Below are positions 38,745 to 50,784 of a DNA stretch of 64,000 bases, one piece after another. A program made the position numbers and the translations under genes. The notes under the pieces were generated by a model that did not search any database, was not told the origin of the DNA, and saw nothing but the letters and a program-made list of their open reading frames with translations. Within the stretch, counting starts at the first letter, position 1, and every line of letters begins with the position of its first letter. Source of the stretch: Chiloscyllium plagiosum (lineage: Eukaryota); the NCBI RefSeq assembly GCF_004010195.1, contig NC_057719.1, positions 17,302,893 through 17,366,892 on the forward strand, given 5' to 3'.

Positions 38745-39090
38745 TTTTTTATTCGTTCATTCAAGGGATGTGGGCTTCTCTGGACAGGCAGCATTTATTG
38801 CAATCCCTAATTGTCCAGAGGGCAATTAAGAGTCAACCATATTGCTGTGGGTCTGGAGTCACATGTAAGCCAGACCAGGTAAAGATGACAGATTTCCTTC
38901 CCTAAAGGACATTAGTGAACCAGTTGGGGTTTTCCAACAATCGACAATGGATTCATGGTTATCATTAGCTCCTTGATTCAAGATATTTATTGAATTAAAA
39001 TTCCACCATCTGCCGTGGGGAGCTTCGAACCTGGGTCCCCAGAACATTACCTGGGTCTCCGGATTAACAGTACAATCAGGTCTAATATAA
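38745..39090 (-). mobile_element. tRNA-derived SINE, second family
   Basis: B-box-like GGTTCGAAGCTCC on minus strand; related sequence near 47910-48290, 50310-50630 and 58345-58440. Confidence 0.6.
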
Positions 39091-40279
39091 CCAGTGTTTC
39101 TTCAACGCAAATTGGCTTTAACATAGTTAATGAATTTAGACTGTTATTTGCACAACGCGAACTTTCCTCATCTGTATTAGCTATAACACAATTCCAGCCC
39201 TAATAGTTTAAGTGGCGTGGCTATTACGTGATATTCATATCATATGAGATCTCATGAGAACGGAACCATCATGTTATATCAGAATTGACTGTACAGTAGT
39301 AATACCACTAAGCCATTCCTTCCCTGATTTTCTCCCCCATTCCCTTAAAGACCAATATTTCACATCAAGTTGAGCAGTGCCTGCTGCATTCTGAAATCTT
39401 TCCTATCCCAGGCCCACAGAAAACATTCAATCCTGCACTGCATTTAAGTACAGACCATCGTTAAACTGACATGTCAGATGGTGAAGTGATGTGTGGTTCC
39501 CATTGCAACTTTCAAAGTTCCATGAATAATGACCAGCATTGGCCTTCTTTTACATTATTGCTGCTAACCATTGAGGTGCCAGTGTTGAATTGGCAAGCAC
39601 CAATGACATGGTATAAATCTCCTTTTGACTAACAACTGTTCCCTATGTACCCTCACCATATAAGCATAGCAAATGGGCAATGAAACGATTGCAAGTGGGC
39701 TTTGCAAATAGCTGCTCTGCGTATTCTTTCAGTATTTTACCATCCAGCAAACGTGCATGCTTCGGCCCATCAACGTGACACCGACTCTCCCCACCCTGCA
39801 TATTGTCCCAACCATTTTTTAGTTGCATTCCACATTTAGAGAACATCAAGTGATGGCAGGGAATGCAGTTCCTGGTAGGTACCATCAACACTGGGCTTCA
39901 CCTACTCACCAAATAATTCCCCACAGGCTCCATGCTCCCTATTAGTTCACTCTACCTCAGCAATGAATTCCATTCATCCTGCCCTGGTGGAGACCAAATA
40001 CATTGAACTTCTCCTATAACTATCCTCCGTGCCTCCTGAACCCTGGCATTACATCTTAAATATGCCCACCCTGCTCTTGAATGCTAACCCTACGGAGGCT
40101 AGAGTGATGGTCACTGCCAACTTCCTTTTGCTTACTATGATCTGTGATTCTGTTCTGCATACCTGTCATATATTTTAATGGAGATAGCTATTGTTAGGCA
40201 CTTGCGTGACATGAATGCAGCTTGCCACTTGTCAGCTCAATCCTGGTGCTTAAGAATTCACTTGTACAAAATTCATTAA

Positions 40280-41342
40280 GTGTGGTGATTTCTTTTAAGA
40301 CATAGCATTGGAGCATAACTTCCAAAAGAGTAAGGGGTTTCTGTTTATGTTGGGAGAGCTTACGAGTGATCTAACAATGCAGTGCATTAGGCTTTCCGAC
40401 AGATGATTCCAGAATTGATTTTTAAGCTAGGCAAAACACTTATAGCTTGAAAAAACAAAGCTTTTTACTTTTGTTTTGGAGCAGTTTGCAGAGGTCTAAA
40501 ACTAGATGTGCAAAACATTTCCTTCTGAGAAAGGGAGGTAGTTTATGGACTGTTAAGAAAGAGGTTATCTCAGCGTTCAGAGTGTAGCTTGAAGCTCCAG
40601 ACCAGCCGTGTTTGGTTAAAACCCCAACAGGGCTATTTGAAGCTGAGGAAATTTAAACTCTAATATTTGAAGGCTTGGGGAAAAGGCTATTGGTTTTCAT
40701 GACTGGGAATTGAAGCCATAGCTGAGTGAAAGGCTATGTGGGATAAGGAAGGGAATTCTCTCTGGTGTTTGATCACTGTAATGAGTTGCTGTTGAGATAA
40801 TGGGATTGTATGCTTCATGTGTGTTTAAAAATGTGGTACATGAAAACAATTTGGTTTATTCGCTTTTATCTTCATTTCTTTCAAACTTCTGTTTATTGTT
40901 AAAACCAAATCTGCAACATGGCATGCCTGTGTTTTGATGAGAGAGCACCTCAATAATATCAAAAACAAAAATCTATCAAGCCATTTTTCAACTTGGGATC
41001 TGATTTGTTTAGTGGTTAGCACTGCTGCTTCACAGCGCCAGAGACCCGGGTTCAATTCCCGCCTCAGGCAACTGTCTGTGTGGAGTTTGCACGTTCTCCC
41101 CGTGTCTGCGTGGGTTTCCTCCGGGCGCACCGGTTTCCTCCCACAGTCCAAAGATGTGCAGGTTAGGTGAATTGGCCATACTAAATTGCCCGTAATGTTA
41201 GGTGAAGGGGTAAATGTAGAGGAATGGGTCTGGGTGGGTTGCTCTTCGGAGGGTCGGTGTGGGCTTGTTGGGCCGAAGGGCCTGTTTCCACACTGTAAGT
41301 AATCTAATCTAATCTAATCTAAAAAAAACTGGAATAATAACA
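40280..41342 (+). mobile_element. Possible solo LTR interrupted near its end by a SINE
   Basis: Starts near TGTGG; tgggatctgatttgt before the SINE and ctggaataatAACA after it. Confidence 0.35.
41010..41321 (+). mobile_element. HE1-type V-SINE, young
   Basis: B box GGTTCAATTCC, V-domain, (AATCT)4 tail. Confidence 0.95.
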
Positions 41343-41362
41343 CAGATCTTCCCTTTTCATGC

Positions 41363-41519
41363 AAAGTCAAGAGTGTGGTGTTGGAAAAGCTTTCTTGATG
41401 AAGGGCTTATGCTTGAAACGTTGATTCTCCTGCTCCTCGGGTGCTGCCTGACCTGCTGTGCTTTTCCAGCACCACACTCTCGACTCTGATCTCAAGCATG
41501 TGTAATCCTCACTTTCTCC
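41363..41519. mobile_element. Family A PLE repeat with short inverted stub
   Basis: gagtgtggtgttggaaaagc, then ttgatga-agggcttatgctt-gaaa-cg-tt...cctcactttctcc. Confidence 0.8.
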
Positions 41520-41614
41520 TTTTTATACCAAGCACAGGTATAAAAATAGAAACTTGTACATGGGTTTTTAATGCATTCACTCGAGATTTTTTTGTACTGT
41601 AAATCATGTTGGGC

Positions 41615-41990
41615 TGACAGATGATCTTATAGAGGCTTATAAAATCATAAGGGATAGAGATAGGGTAAATAGACAAGGTCTTTTCCCTGGGGTGGGGGCA
41701 TCCAGAACTATAGTGTGTAGGTTTAGAGCAAGTGGGGAAAACATTTGAAAGGGACCTAAGGGGCAACTTTTTCATGCAAAGAGTGGTCCGTGTATGGAAT
41801 GAGCTACCAGAGGAAGTGGTGGAGGCTGGTACAATTGCAACATTTAAAAGGCATTTGGATGGGTATATGAATAGGAAGGGTTTGGAGGGATATGGCCCAA
41901 GTGCTGGCAAATGGAACTAGATTAGGTTAGGATATCTGGTCAGCATGGACGAGTTAAATCAAAAAGTCTATGCGTCTCTTTGACTCTATG
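41615..41990 (+). mobile_element. CR1/HER1 3' end
   Basis: RGNFFMQRVVRVWNELPEEVVEAGTIATFKRHLDGYM. Confidence 0.9.
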
Positions 41991-42205
41991 TCCCTAGAGT
42001 TGTACAGAAATGTTTTTTGGGAATATGGACATGGTGATTTGTGACTTATTTATTAGCAAAGGAACTTACAGCAATGGCCGTTCTAGTTGACCATGTCAGA
42101 CATTTGCCTGCCAAGCTGACACGGCTCTTCACTATAATTCATTACACCTGAAGGGCTTTAAAGCATTTCTGAAATGTGATAAGAAGATGCTGTAGAAGTA
42201 TAAGG

Positions 42206-42304
42206 TTAAAAATCACACAACACCAGGTTATAGTCCAACAGGTTTAATTGGAAGCACACTAGCTTTCGGAGCGACGCTCCTTCATTAGGTGATTGTCCGA
42301 ATCA
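42206..42304 (-). mobile_element. Family B PLE repeat, 13-bp TSD
   Basis: Minus strand CAC-ctaatga-a-GGAGC-gtc-GCTCC-GAAA-gc-TA-GTG; tagaagtataagg at 42193-42205 and 42305-42317. Confidence 0.85.
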
Positions 42305-43230
42305 TAGAAGTATAAGGCTTTACTAAGACATTTGGTGCACCATGAAGATTGTTAGCGGTAAGTTTATAAATAAAGAATCTTGGTAGCTAGCCAGACTGAG
42401 CATGGTTAAAATAAGAGAAGCAGGTTGGGAATAGGAGTGATGTAAAACACTCCTCCATGTTTTTCTACAACACTTTCCCTGCCTGCTCATGCACGATTTT
42501 CTCTAACGACCCTTCCTATTCTTGGCCACCTCATATTTATTAATGGCATAGGGATGGGGAGGGTCTGGTTGGGGTGCTGTTCAGTGGGTTGGTACAGACT
42601 CGGTGGGCTGAATGGCCTGTTTCTGCACTGTAGGGATTCTATGATGTGACCTGCCATCCCTGAGTGACACTACCCAAGATTCAGCCTGCACATAAAAACA
42701 CCTGGCTCCACTTCAGTGCAAGTCTACATCTTCCACTGACATCAAATTACTGGAGTGCTTATCTGGTAACCAGTTTAAGATGAGCATTAAAAACCTTCAA
42801 GTCAATACTGGGGAAGACTAAAAGCGACTGTTTTATATAGCACATACTGTCAGCCAGCGACTGGCTCACTCTGTCTCTGCAGACTGCTGAACAAAATTAT
42901 TCATAACAGTGGTGATGTACTTTACCCAAAATGAGCTACTGACCATATATCCACATCATCACTGAGACTGGTTATATCTACCACTGTAACATTGTCCTAC
43001 ATCACCCTGGACTCAGCTGAAACCCTCATCCAGAATTATGTAACATCTCAACCTGATTATATATCTTCTGGCCAACCTCGCACATTTCACTTTCTATAAA
43101 CAGAACTACAGAAGTCTTACAATGCAGAATGAGGCCATTCGGCCTACTTGCCTGTGGTGGCTTTTGAAATGAGCAGAAAATGTGTTGCTGGAAAAGCGCA
43201 GCAGGTCAGGCAGCAACCAAGGAACAGGAG

Positions 43231-43266
43231 AATCGACGTTTCGGGCATAAGCCCTTCTTCAGGAAT
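43231..43266 (-). ncRNA. Minimal hammerhead ribozyme (family A)
   Basis: attc-CTGAAGA-a-GGGC-ttat-GCCC-GAAA-cg-TC-gatt. Confidence 0.8.
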
Positions 43267-43872
43267 GAGGAAAGTGTGTCCAGCAGGCTAAGATAAAAGG
43301 TAGGGAGGAGGGACTCCTCCATCGCCAGACAATGCAGGTCCTTGGACTCCTCCATCGCCAGACCATGGCAACATGGCTTTTGGGTTGGTGGGGGGTGTGG
43401 ACCTGACGAGGGAGTGGTCTTTTCAGAACGCTGATAGGGGAGGGGAGGGAAATATATCCCTGGTGGTGGGGTCTGTTTGGAGGTGGCGGAAATGACGNNN
43501 NNNNNNNNNNNNNNNNNNNNNNNNNNNNNNNNNNNNNNNNNNNNNNNNNNNNNNNNNNNNNNNNNNNNNNNNNNNNNNNNNNNNNNNNNNNNNNNNNNNN
43601 NNNNNNNNNNNNNNNNNNNNNNNNNNNNNNNNNNNNNNNNNNNNNNNNNNNNNNNNNNNNNNNNNNNNNNNNNNNNNNNNNNNNNNNNNNNNNNNNNNNN
43701 NNNNNNNNNNNNNNNNNNNNNNNNNNNNNNNNNNNNNNNNNNNNNNNNNNNNNNNNNNNNNNNNNNNNNNNNNNNNNNNNNNNNNNNNNNNNNNNNNNNN
43801 NNNNNNNNNNNNNNNNNNNNAATGTGTTGCTGGAAAAGCGCAGCAGGTCAGGCAGCATCCAAGGAGCAGGAG

Positions 43873-43908
43873 AATCGACGTTTCGGGCATAAGCCCTTCT
43901 TCAGGAAT
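43873..43908 (-). ncRNA. Minimal hammerhead ribozyme (family A)
   Basis: Same motif as 43231-43266. Confidence 0.8.
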
Positions 43909-43967
43909 GAGGAAAGTGTGTCCCTCCTCCCTACCTTTTATCTTAGCCTGCTTGGCCTACTTTCCTC

Positions 43968-44003
43968 ATTCCTGAAGAAGGGCTTATGCCCGAAACGTCG
44001 ATT
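43968..44003 (+). ncRNA. Minimal hammerhead ribozyme (family A)
   Basis: attc-CTGAAGA-a-GGGC-ttat-GCCC-GAAA-cg-TC-gatt. Confidence 0.8.
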
Positions 44004-44595
44004 CTCCTGCTCCTTGGATGCTGCCTGACCTGCTGCGCTTTTCCAGCAACACATTTTCAGCTCTGATCTCCAGCATCTGCAGTCCTCACTTTCACCTCTT
44101 TTGAAATGAGCACAATTATCCAGAGCCAGTTTCCTGCTTTATCCACATACCCTTGCATATTATTTTCACCCAAACAAATAAACCTCATCCCAATCTCTTA
44201 TTGCATGTACACTGACATGCTCAAACTCTCTGTTACCTTTGCACAGACCTACATTGGCTCCTGGTTAAAGAATACCTCAACTTTAAAATTTGTATCCTTG
44301 CTATTAATTACTTCAGAAGCCTCTTCTATTCATCATTCTATAGCCCTCTTTGGGCCCACAGTCCTCCGAGATCTCTGCTCCTTGGTGTTGAATCTTTAAT
44401 GTCTGTACCTTCAGTAGCCAAAACCTCAACCTTTGAAGCTCCCTTCATAAAACACACCTCTCTACATGTCCTTTCTTAAAGCCTACGCCTTGACCAAGCT
44501 CTGCCCTAATATTTCCTTGTGCTCTCAGTGTCAAATGTCATTCAGTCTTCTAATTACTTGCCTTTTTTAATAATGTACTCGTGAAACACCTTAGA

Positions 44596-45352
44596 TCTGT
44601 TGTAGGCTGCAGCGGGACATTGACAGGATGCAGAGATGGGCTGAGAGGTGGCAGATGGAGTTCAACCTGGATAAATGCGAATTTGAAAGCTGTGTACAGG
44701 ATTAAGGATAGGACTCTTGGCAGTGTGGAGGAACAGAGGGATCTTGGTGTGCAGGTACATAGATCCCTTAAAATGGCCACCCAAGTGGACAGGGTTGTTA
44801 AGGAAGCATATGGTGTTTTGGCTTTCATTAACAGGGGGATTGAGTTTAAGAATCGTGAGATCTTGTTGCAGCTCTATAAAACTTTGGTTAGACCGCACTT
44901 GGAATACTGCGTCCAGTTCTGGTCGCCCTATTATAGGAAAGATGTGGATGCTTTGGAGAGCGTTCAGAGGAGGTTTACCAGGATGCTGCCTGGAGTGGAG
45001 GGCTTATCTTATGAAGAGAGGTTCACTGAGCTTGGACTTTTTTCATTGGAGAAAAGGAGAAGGAGAGGGGACCTGATTGAGGTGTACAAGATAATGAGAG
45101 GCATAGATAGAGTCGATAGCCAGAGACTATTTCCCAGGGCAGAAATGACTAAAACGAGGGATCATAGCTTTAAGCTGGTTAGAGGAAAGTATAGAGGGGA
45201 TGTCAGAGGCAGGTTCTTTACACAGAGAGTTGAGAGACTACTGGACATGCATATGGTCACAGAAATTTGAGGGTGCATACATGAGGATCAGTGGTCGGCA
45301 CAACATCGTGGGCTGAAGGGCCTGTTCTGTGCTGCACTGTTCTATGTTCTAT
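44596..45352 (+). mobile_element. CR1 LINE 3' fragment, young
   Basis: Open frame QRDLGVQVH...LLQLYKTLVRPHLEYCVQFWSP...GRFFTQRV; (GTTCTAT)n tail. Confidence 0.95.
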
Positions 45353-46631
45353 CTGTTGGCTATTGGTGCTTTATTAATGCAAGCAGTTGTTGCTACACTG
45401 AGAATCCCTCAATGTTAAAAGGGTTAATTATCCAGTAGTGCCTTCTTGAATTGAAATTTCAGATTCATAGCTGTGAGGATGTTCTGTTACTGAAAAGGGG
45501 TGTCATTGGGTTTACTGAAATGTAGTCGAACTTGTTTTGCTGGATTTTTCATTCAACCATTTCTAAAAAGGTATTTCAGTACACAACCCTACATCATTTC
45601 AATGGACAGTATTGCTTATATGATAGCTTTTGTTCAAGGATATGAGGCTCAAGGTTATACCAGATAAAGCCAACATTCCAAAGAACTCTTTAGTAAAGAG
45701 CTGAAGGATCAGGGGCCACCAAGGAATTAAGATGAGATAAATATTTGAAAGTTTCTTTTCTAATTCTTTCACCCATCTCTCCCTCCATTCACTGAACAAT
45801 TCACCTTCTGCCTCTGATTCAGGTTTGAGACACTCACATAAATCTCAATCTCCAGAAGACTGAAAAAGAATCAGTAATAGTGAAAGGAATGAGTGCCTCA
45901 GGCTTAAATTGAGGCCTACCAATGCATAAAGTCATTCAGTAATTGTTGTATAACCATCCAACATCATTCACATTTACTGTGTGTTTTTGTTAAGCCATTG
46001 GCTCATAAACTGATCTGATAAGGTACAGCTGTCATTTGACATGAACGTGCAAAAAGAAGGAAGCAACCTTGGAAGGACTTCCTGTGACTAAAATTCCTGC
46101 TCTTATGATATAAAAACAACAATCAACACATCATAAAAGTAGTACTTCTGTCCTCTTTTATGCACAAATAAAGGAGCATATGTCAGCTTTGCAGAAGATC
46201 TGTGAAATATTATTGGCAAATTATGATGGCCATCTGAGACATCAGACAAGTCACTATTGTGTCCTCAACAGCCATCTGTTTCATCATCTGCACATCTTCT
46301 CATTTCAATTACTCTTACCTGGTGAGGTGGACATTGGCTTTGTGTAGTTTAAAGAGGGTTCAGTGTGGTAGCAGTCACTGACCAAGTCCAATGTAGATAA
46401 TGATGTGGTAAAATTTTGCCAATTGTGTACTTTATATTGTGTGCAAATTGAATGGCAATCATTATTGAATAAAACTCTGGAACAGGAATCATTAAACACG
46501 CAAGTTACTTTGCCAGATACTTTTTTAACAGTCATCTTAGGAAGGTTTAGCATATTAATGGTGTCATTATGTTTAGTATGGTAGGATTTGATGTTTAGTA
46601 CATTAATGGTACTATCAATCCAGTTGTTGTT

Positions 46632-47625
46632 CATAGAGTCATACAGTGCAGAAAAGGCTCTTCGGCCCATTGAGTCTACATTGACATGACTACCACTAAA
46701 ATCATGCTAATTCCAGTTCCTTGCACTTGTCCCACATCCTTGAAAGTTATGTATTTCAAGTTAGGAAACAGTGAGGACTGCAGATGCAGAAGAGTCAGAG
46801 TCGAATATTCTGGCGCTAGAAAAGTACAGCAGGTCAGGCAGCATCCAAGGAGTAGGGCAGTAGGTCTTCATCAGGAATGGGGAGGGGCAAGGGGGCTGAG
46901 AGATATATAGGAGGGTAGGAGTGGGGATGGTGGAAAGGTAGGTGGGATGGCGATAGTTGGATGAAGGTTGGAGTTGATTGTGATAGGTCGGTGGGGAGGG
47001 TGGAGCGGATGGTTTTCGGCTTCCACTACTTTCCCAGGCATTGCATTCCAGATTCGCCTCTGAGTGAAAAGGTGTTTTCTCAAATCCCTTCTGAACCTCC
47101 TGTCCCTTACTTGAAAACTATATCCTCTTGTAATTGACCTCTCAACCAAGGGGAACAGCTGCTCTCTATTCACCCTGAGCATACTCTTCATAATCTTATA
47201 CACCTCAATCATGTCCCGTCTCAGTCTTCTCTGCTCTAAAGAAACAATTCAAGCCTATCTAATCTCTCCTTGTAGTACAATTTCTCCAACACAGGCAACA
47301 TCCTGTTGCCTCCCCACGCTGTACCGCCCCAGTGTTATCACATCCTTCCTGTAGTGAGGTGACAAGAACTGTACTTTAGCTGTGTCCTGACCCACGCTGT
47401 GTGCAACTCCTTGCTCTTATACTTTTTGCCATGATTAATGAAAGCAAGTGTCCCACATACCTGCTTAACTATCCTGTACATGTTCTCTGCCTAGTTCAGG
47501 GATCTGTTAATACTTAACCCAAGATCTCTCTGTTCCTCTAAGCCACCCAGTCTCCTGCCATTCATTGAATACTCCTTCATCTCGTTTCTTCCTCCAAAGT
47601 GCATCAATTTTCACTCATCAGGGTA
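46632..47625 (-). mobile_element. CR1 3' fragment interrupted by a family A PLE (about 46762-47010)
   Basis: IEVYKIMK...FTQRRIWNAMPGKVVEAE; the insert starts aggaaacagtgaggactgcagatg. Confidence 0.85.
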
Positions 47626-48047
47626 GTCATTATTTCATCCAATTTCTTCAAGTTTTATTTTCAGTGGAAAATGATCAAAAATGTCACTTGAATTTATTAA
47701 TTATTGTCCTGTATTCTACTCAATGGTAGCATCAGTCTTCCCTCAGCTCTGTTGCCACTCAGTTTCAGCAAGGTGACTGAAATGCCAAAGCTCCAGACCA
47801 GTCAGCGCTGAAACTGGAAATAGTCCGAAAGTAAAACATGCCTAAAAGTTTGGAGAGAGCTCATTGGCCATCGTTCTTGGGGCCTTAGCCTGAGCCAAAT
47901 CCTTTAGGAGGAGTGAGTGGTACAGTGGTGAACCCATTGGGTTAGTTCCCTAGAACTCCAGGCTCATGTCCAGGTGAAATGAGGTCACAATCCAAACAGG
48001 GTAGGTAATCAAATTTGAATTCAATATCTTAAATCATTTTGAACAAG

Positions 48048-48269
48048 AAGCTAATTTAATGACAACCATGCAGCAAACATCAATTGCCATGTGTGGACAA
48101 AAAAAAAATCAATTAAATTCAGTTCACGGAGAAAGTGAGGTCTGCAGATGCTGGAGATCAAAGTTGAAACTTTATTGCTGGAACAGCACAAAGCTAATTT
48201 AATGACAACCATGCAGCAAACATCAATTGCCATGTGTGGACAAAAAAAAATCAATTAAATTCAGTTCAC
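48048..48269. repeat. 80/79-bp direct duplication flanking a 63-bp family A PLE stub (48128-48190)
   Basis: aagctaatttaatgac...attcagttcac at 48048-48127 and 48191-48269, differing only in A-run length. Confidence 0.9.
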
Positions 48270-48642
48270 CTACTGTACACCAGGTCTCAAAGATTAAGAA
48301 CTTGTGCTACTAGAACATAAAGTGCTAAGAGAATTTGATAGTTTCTGGGTTAACCAAATTTTTAATAGTTATCCCTTTATGCTCGACTAGTGGTCTTGAT
48401 TAGCTTGACGATATGCATGGCTGGTGGGAGTGAAAGATTGATGAGCAAATGAAATTCAAAGGAATTAGGCTCGGGGTGTCACAATGAAGGATTGAAATTC
48501 TAGAGGCCTTAAGGAGACTCAAAAGGTACCTCAGCGTGCTAACAGCTTTTGCTAAACCTGAAGAGGAAGGATGCTATAGTTCAAAGAGAGGGGAAGGCAG
48601 AGAGAGTCATATGCAAGCACGTGGGGGAGTGCACCTTCAAGA

Positions 48643-48800
48643 CGTTTTTGTGGTTCTGTTCGCCGAGCTGGGAACTTGTGTTGCAGACGTTTCATCCCCT
48701 GTCTAGGTGACATCCTCAGTGCTTGGGAGCCTCCTGTGAAGTGCTTCTGTGATGTTTCCTCCAGCATCTATAGTGGTTTGTCTCTGCCGCTTCCGGTTGT
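48643..48800 (-). mobile_element. Probable PLE terminal repeat, family D
   Basis: Carries a hammerhead; tcaaga on both sides; sequence unlike families A-C. Confidence 0.6.
48683..48722 (-). ncRNA. Minimal hammerhead ribozyme (family D)
   Basis: GCA-CTGAGGA-t-gtcacct-agac-aggggat-GAAA-cg-TC-TGC. Confidence 0.75.
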
Positions 48801-49686
48801 CAAGAAGTAGATACATTCAGGGTTGTCCTTCATGCCACTCCAAGATGGCATCCCCACGAGACTTTGTCACATGCCCAGACAGAAACAGGGCAGAGTGAAG
48901 CTGTGCCAGCTCCTCTGATGCACATTGGTTAACATCCTTACAGCATTCATTTTGACTCTGCATTTGGCTTGCTGCAGACCAAATCCATGGAAAATAATTC
49001 CTAACAATTACCACAAAGTGTGTTTGTTGATATCAGGAAGTGTATTTGGTGGCATTAGACGTCACTGGTTAATTAATGACCTAGTGTACCTTTCCCCATA
49101 TAACACCACATATATATATATCACTTTGAAAATTGGTGCTTTGGAACTACCTTGTATCTAGACGTGAAGTCTCCTGTAACTTTCAAAGTTGAAAGTTCAG
49201 TATGCATTAATAAGCTGGTAAACAAGCTCTCGTCACATGCAAAAACATATATAATATTGATATTATTTATATAGATACCACCTCTTGCACAGTCTGAGCT
49301 GTTGCATCATGTCTGTAGTTTCCTACTTGTCTTCTAATAACCTCAGGTTGGAGACAATTCCTACTGGGAAACCCATTGACACCAATAGTTGTTTGCTGAA
49401 GCAATAAAAGTGGAAAAAAATTGGAACTGGTCAGGAACACAAAAGAAAGTAGGAAATATTTATCCAAATTGGCATTAAGATTGCAAAATGAAACTTTTCC
49501 CAGCAATTTAAATTCACTTCGGGGTACTCCACATCATTTGGAAATGTGCCCAGGAAGCTAATTTTGATCAATGCATCTTTTTGTTTAAAGTGGGATAAAT
49601 GCAACGTAAAGAAAAGATATACCAGGCATGATAATGACATGCCCACATCTCCTGTTTGTGGTAACAAAACACCTGACTGATTCAGG

Positions 49687-49904
49687 GAGAGTTAAAAATC
49701 TCACAACACCAGGTTATAGTCCAACAGGTTTCTTTGGAAGTACAAGCTTTTGGAGCACCGCTCCTTCATTAGGTAGCTGGCTACCTGATGAAGGAACAGC
49801 GCTCTGAAAGCTAGTGCTTCCAAATAAACCTGTTGGACTATAACCTGGTGTTGTGAGATTTGTAAATTTGTCTACCCCAGTCCAACACAGGCTCCTACTC
49901 ACCA
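49687..49904. mobile_element. Inverted pair of family B PLE repeats, 9-bp TSD
   Basis: tgattcagg at 49678-49686 and 49905-49913; hammerhead remnants on both strands. Confidence 0.85.
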
Positions 49905-50030
49905 TGATTCAGGCAGGGCATTCACTCCACCCTCTGCCCCAACTCACTGGACACAGAACCAGCACCAACAAGGCAGGAACATGACACAATTAAACACTGC
50001 CACTCCTGTCTTCACCAACTGGTAATCATG

Positions 50031-50242
50031 ATTTGGAGTTGACAGTGTTGGACTGGGGTGTACAAAGTTAAAAATCACACAACACCAGGTTATAGTCCAA
50101 CAGGTTTAATTGGAAGCACTAGCTTTCAGAGCGCTGCTCCTTCATCAGGTGGCTGTGGTATATCTGATGAAGGAGCAACATTCCGAAAGCTAGTGCTTCC
50201 AATTAAACCTGTTGGACTATAACCTGGTGTTGTGTGGTCTTT
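50031..50242. mobile_element. Inverted pair of family B PLE repeats, 14-bp TSD
   Basis: aactggtaatcatg at 50017-50030 and 50243-50256. Confidence 0.9.
50117..50151 (-). ncRNA. Minimal hammerhead ribozyme (family B); mirror copy on plus strand at 50161-50195
   Basis: CAC-CTGATGA-a-GGAGC-agc-GCTCt-GAAA-gc-TA-GTG. Confidence 0.75.
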
Positions 50243-50784
50243 AACTGGTAATCATGTGGTGTATAGGCAGAAATGCCAGTTGCCTTTAGGCCGTTGAAGA
50301 TTCTGTAAGGTACAGAAGTATGTTGTAATTATCCTGATGTTATGAGTTAAAATCTCAGCATGGTCAGTTGCAAACTTGAATTTGATATTGCTAGCAATTT
50401 ATGGGTCGGCACCAGAAAGCAATCGATAAAGTGGCCCGATAGGTGTGAAAACAAACCTGACACATTTCAAGGAATGGAATTTGTCAACCCTACCCTGCCT
50501 TGTCTACATGTGACTTCATTCCCACATTCTAGGTTTACATTAATGCCTTCAGGGAAACTTGGGATGGGCACGAAAAACAGTCTTGTGAATGTTGCCTACA
50601 CTCAAGGAATGAATTTTAAAAGAAGTTAAGGACAATTGAACAGAAAATCCCTCTAATGATATGTAAATCTAAAAAGGTTCTAAACTAGTGTATGCTCAGA
50701 AAATCCAAATGTGTTGCATTAAAGTTTAGCTTCAATTTTCAAAACAAAGAAATCTTTACAGAACCAAATCAGAAGCAGGCCATT

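Larger units (their letters stand above)
43176..44097. mobile_element. Rearranged family A Penelope-like insertion with three hammerheads, 15-bp TSD
   Basis: cttttgaaatgagca at 43161-43175 and 44098-44112; ORF pieces RHFRHLQTDPTTRDIFPSPPLSAF (minus) and MQVLGLLHRQTMAT (plus). Confidence 0.85.
42960..44590 (+). mobile_element. L2 LINE ORF2 C-terminal relic (42960-43100 and 44210-44590) split by inserts
   Basis: SAETLIQNYVTSQPDY and DLHWLLVKEYLNFKICIL resemble L2 AETLIHAFVTSRLDY and LHWLPV..R..FKIL. Confidence 0.65.

Noticed and set aside
39241..39259. Overlapping palindromes atgagatctcat / tctcatgaga
   Set aside because: Expected by chance at this length; no supporting context
39421..39442. 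miR-181-like aacattcaa
   Set aside because: Only the 5' end matches and I saw no hairpin
44581..45270. 229-aa ORF as a host gene
   Set aside because: It is the CR1 ORF2 C-terminus followed by a LINE tail
49687..50242. CRISPR-like or DNA-transposon reading of the palindromic repeats
   Set aside because: No repeat-spacer array; asymmetric arms and variable TSDs fit retro-insertion
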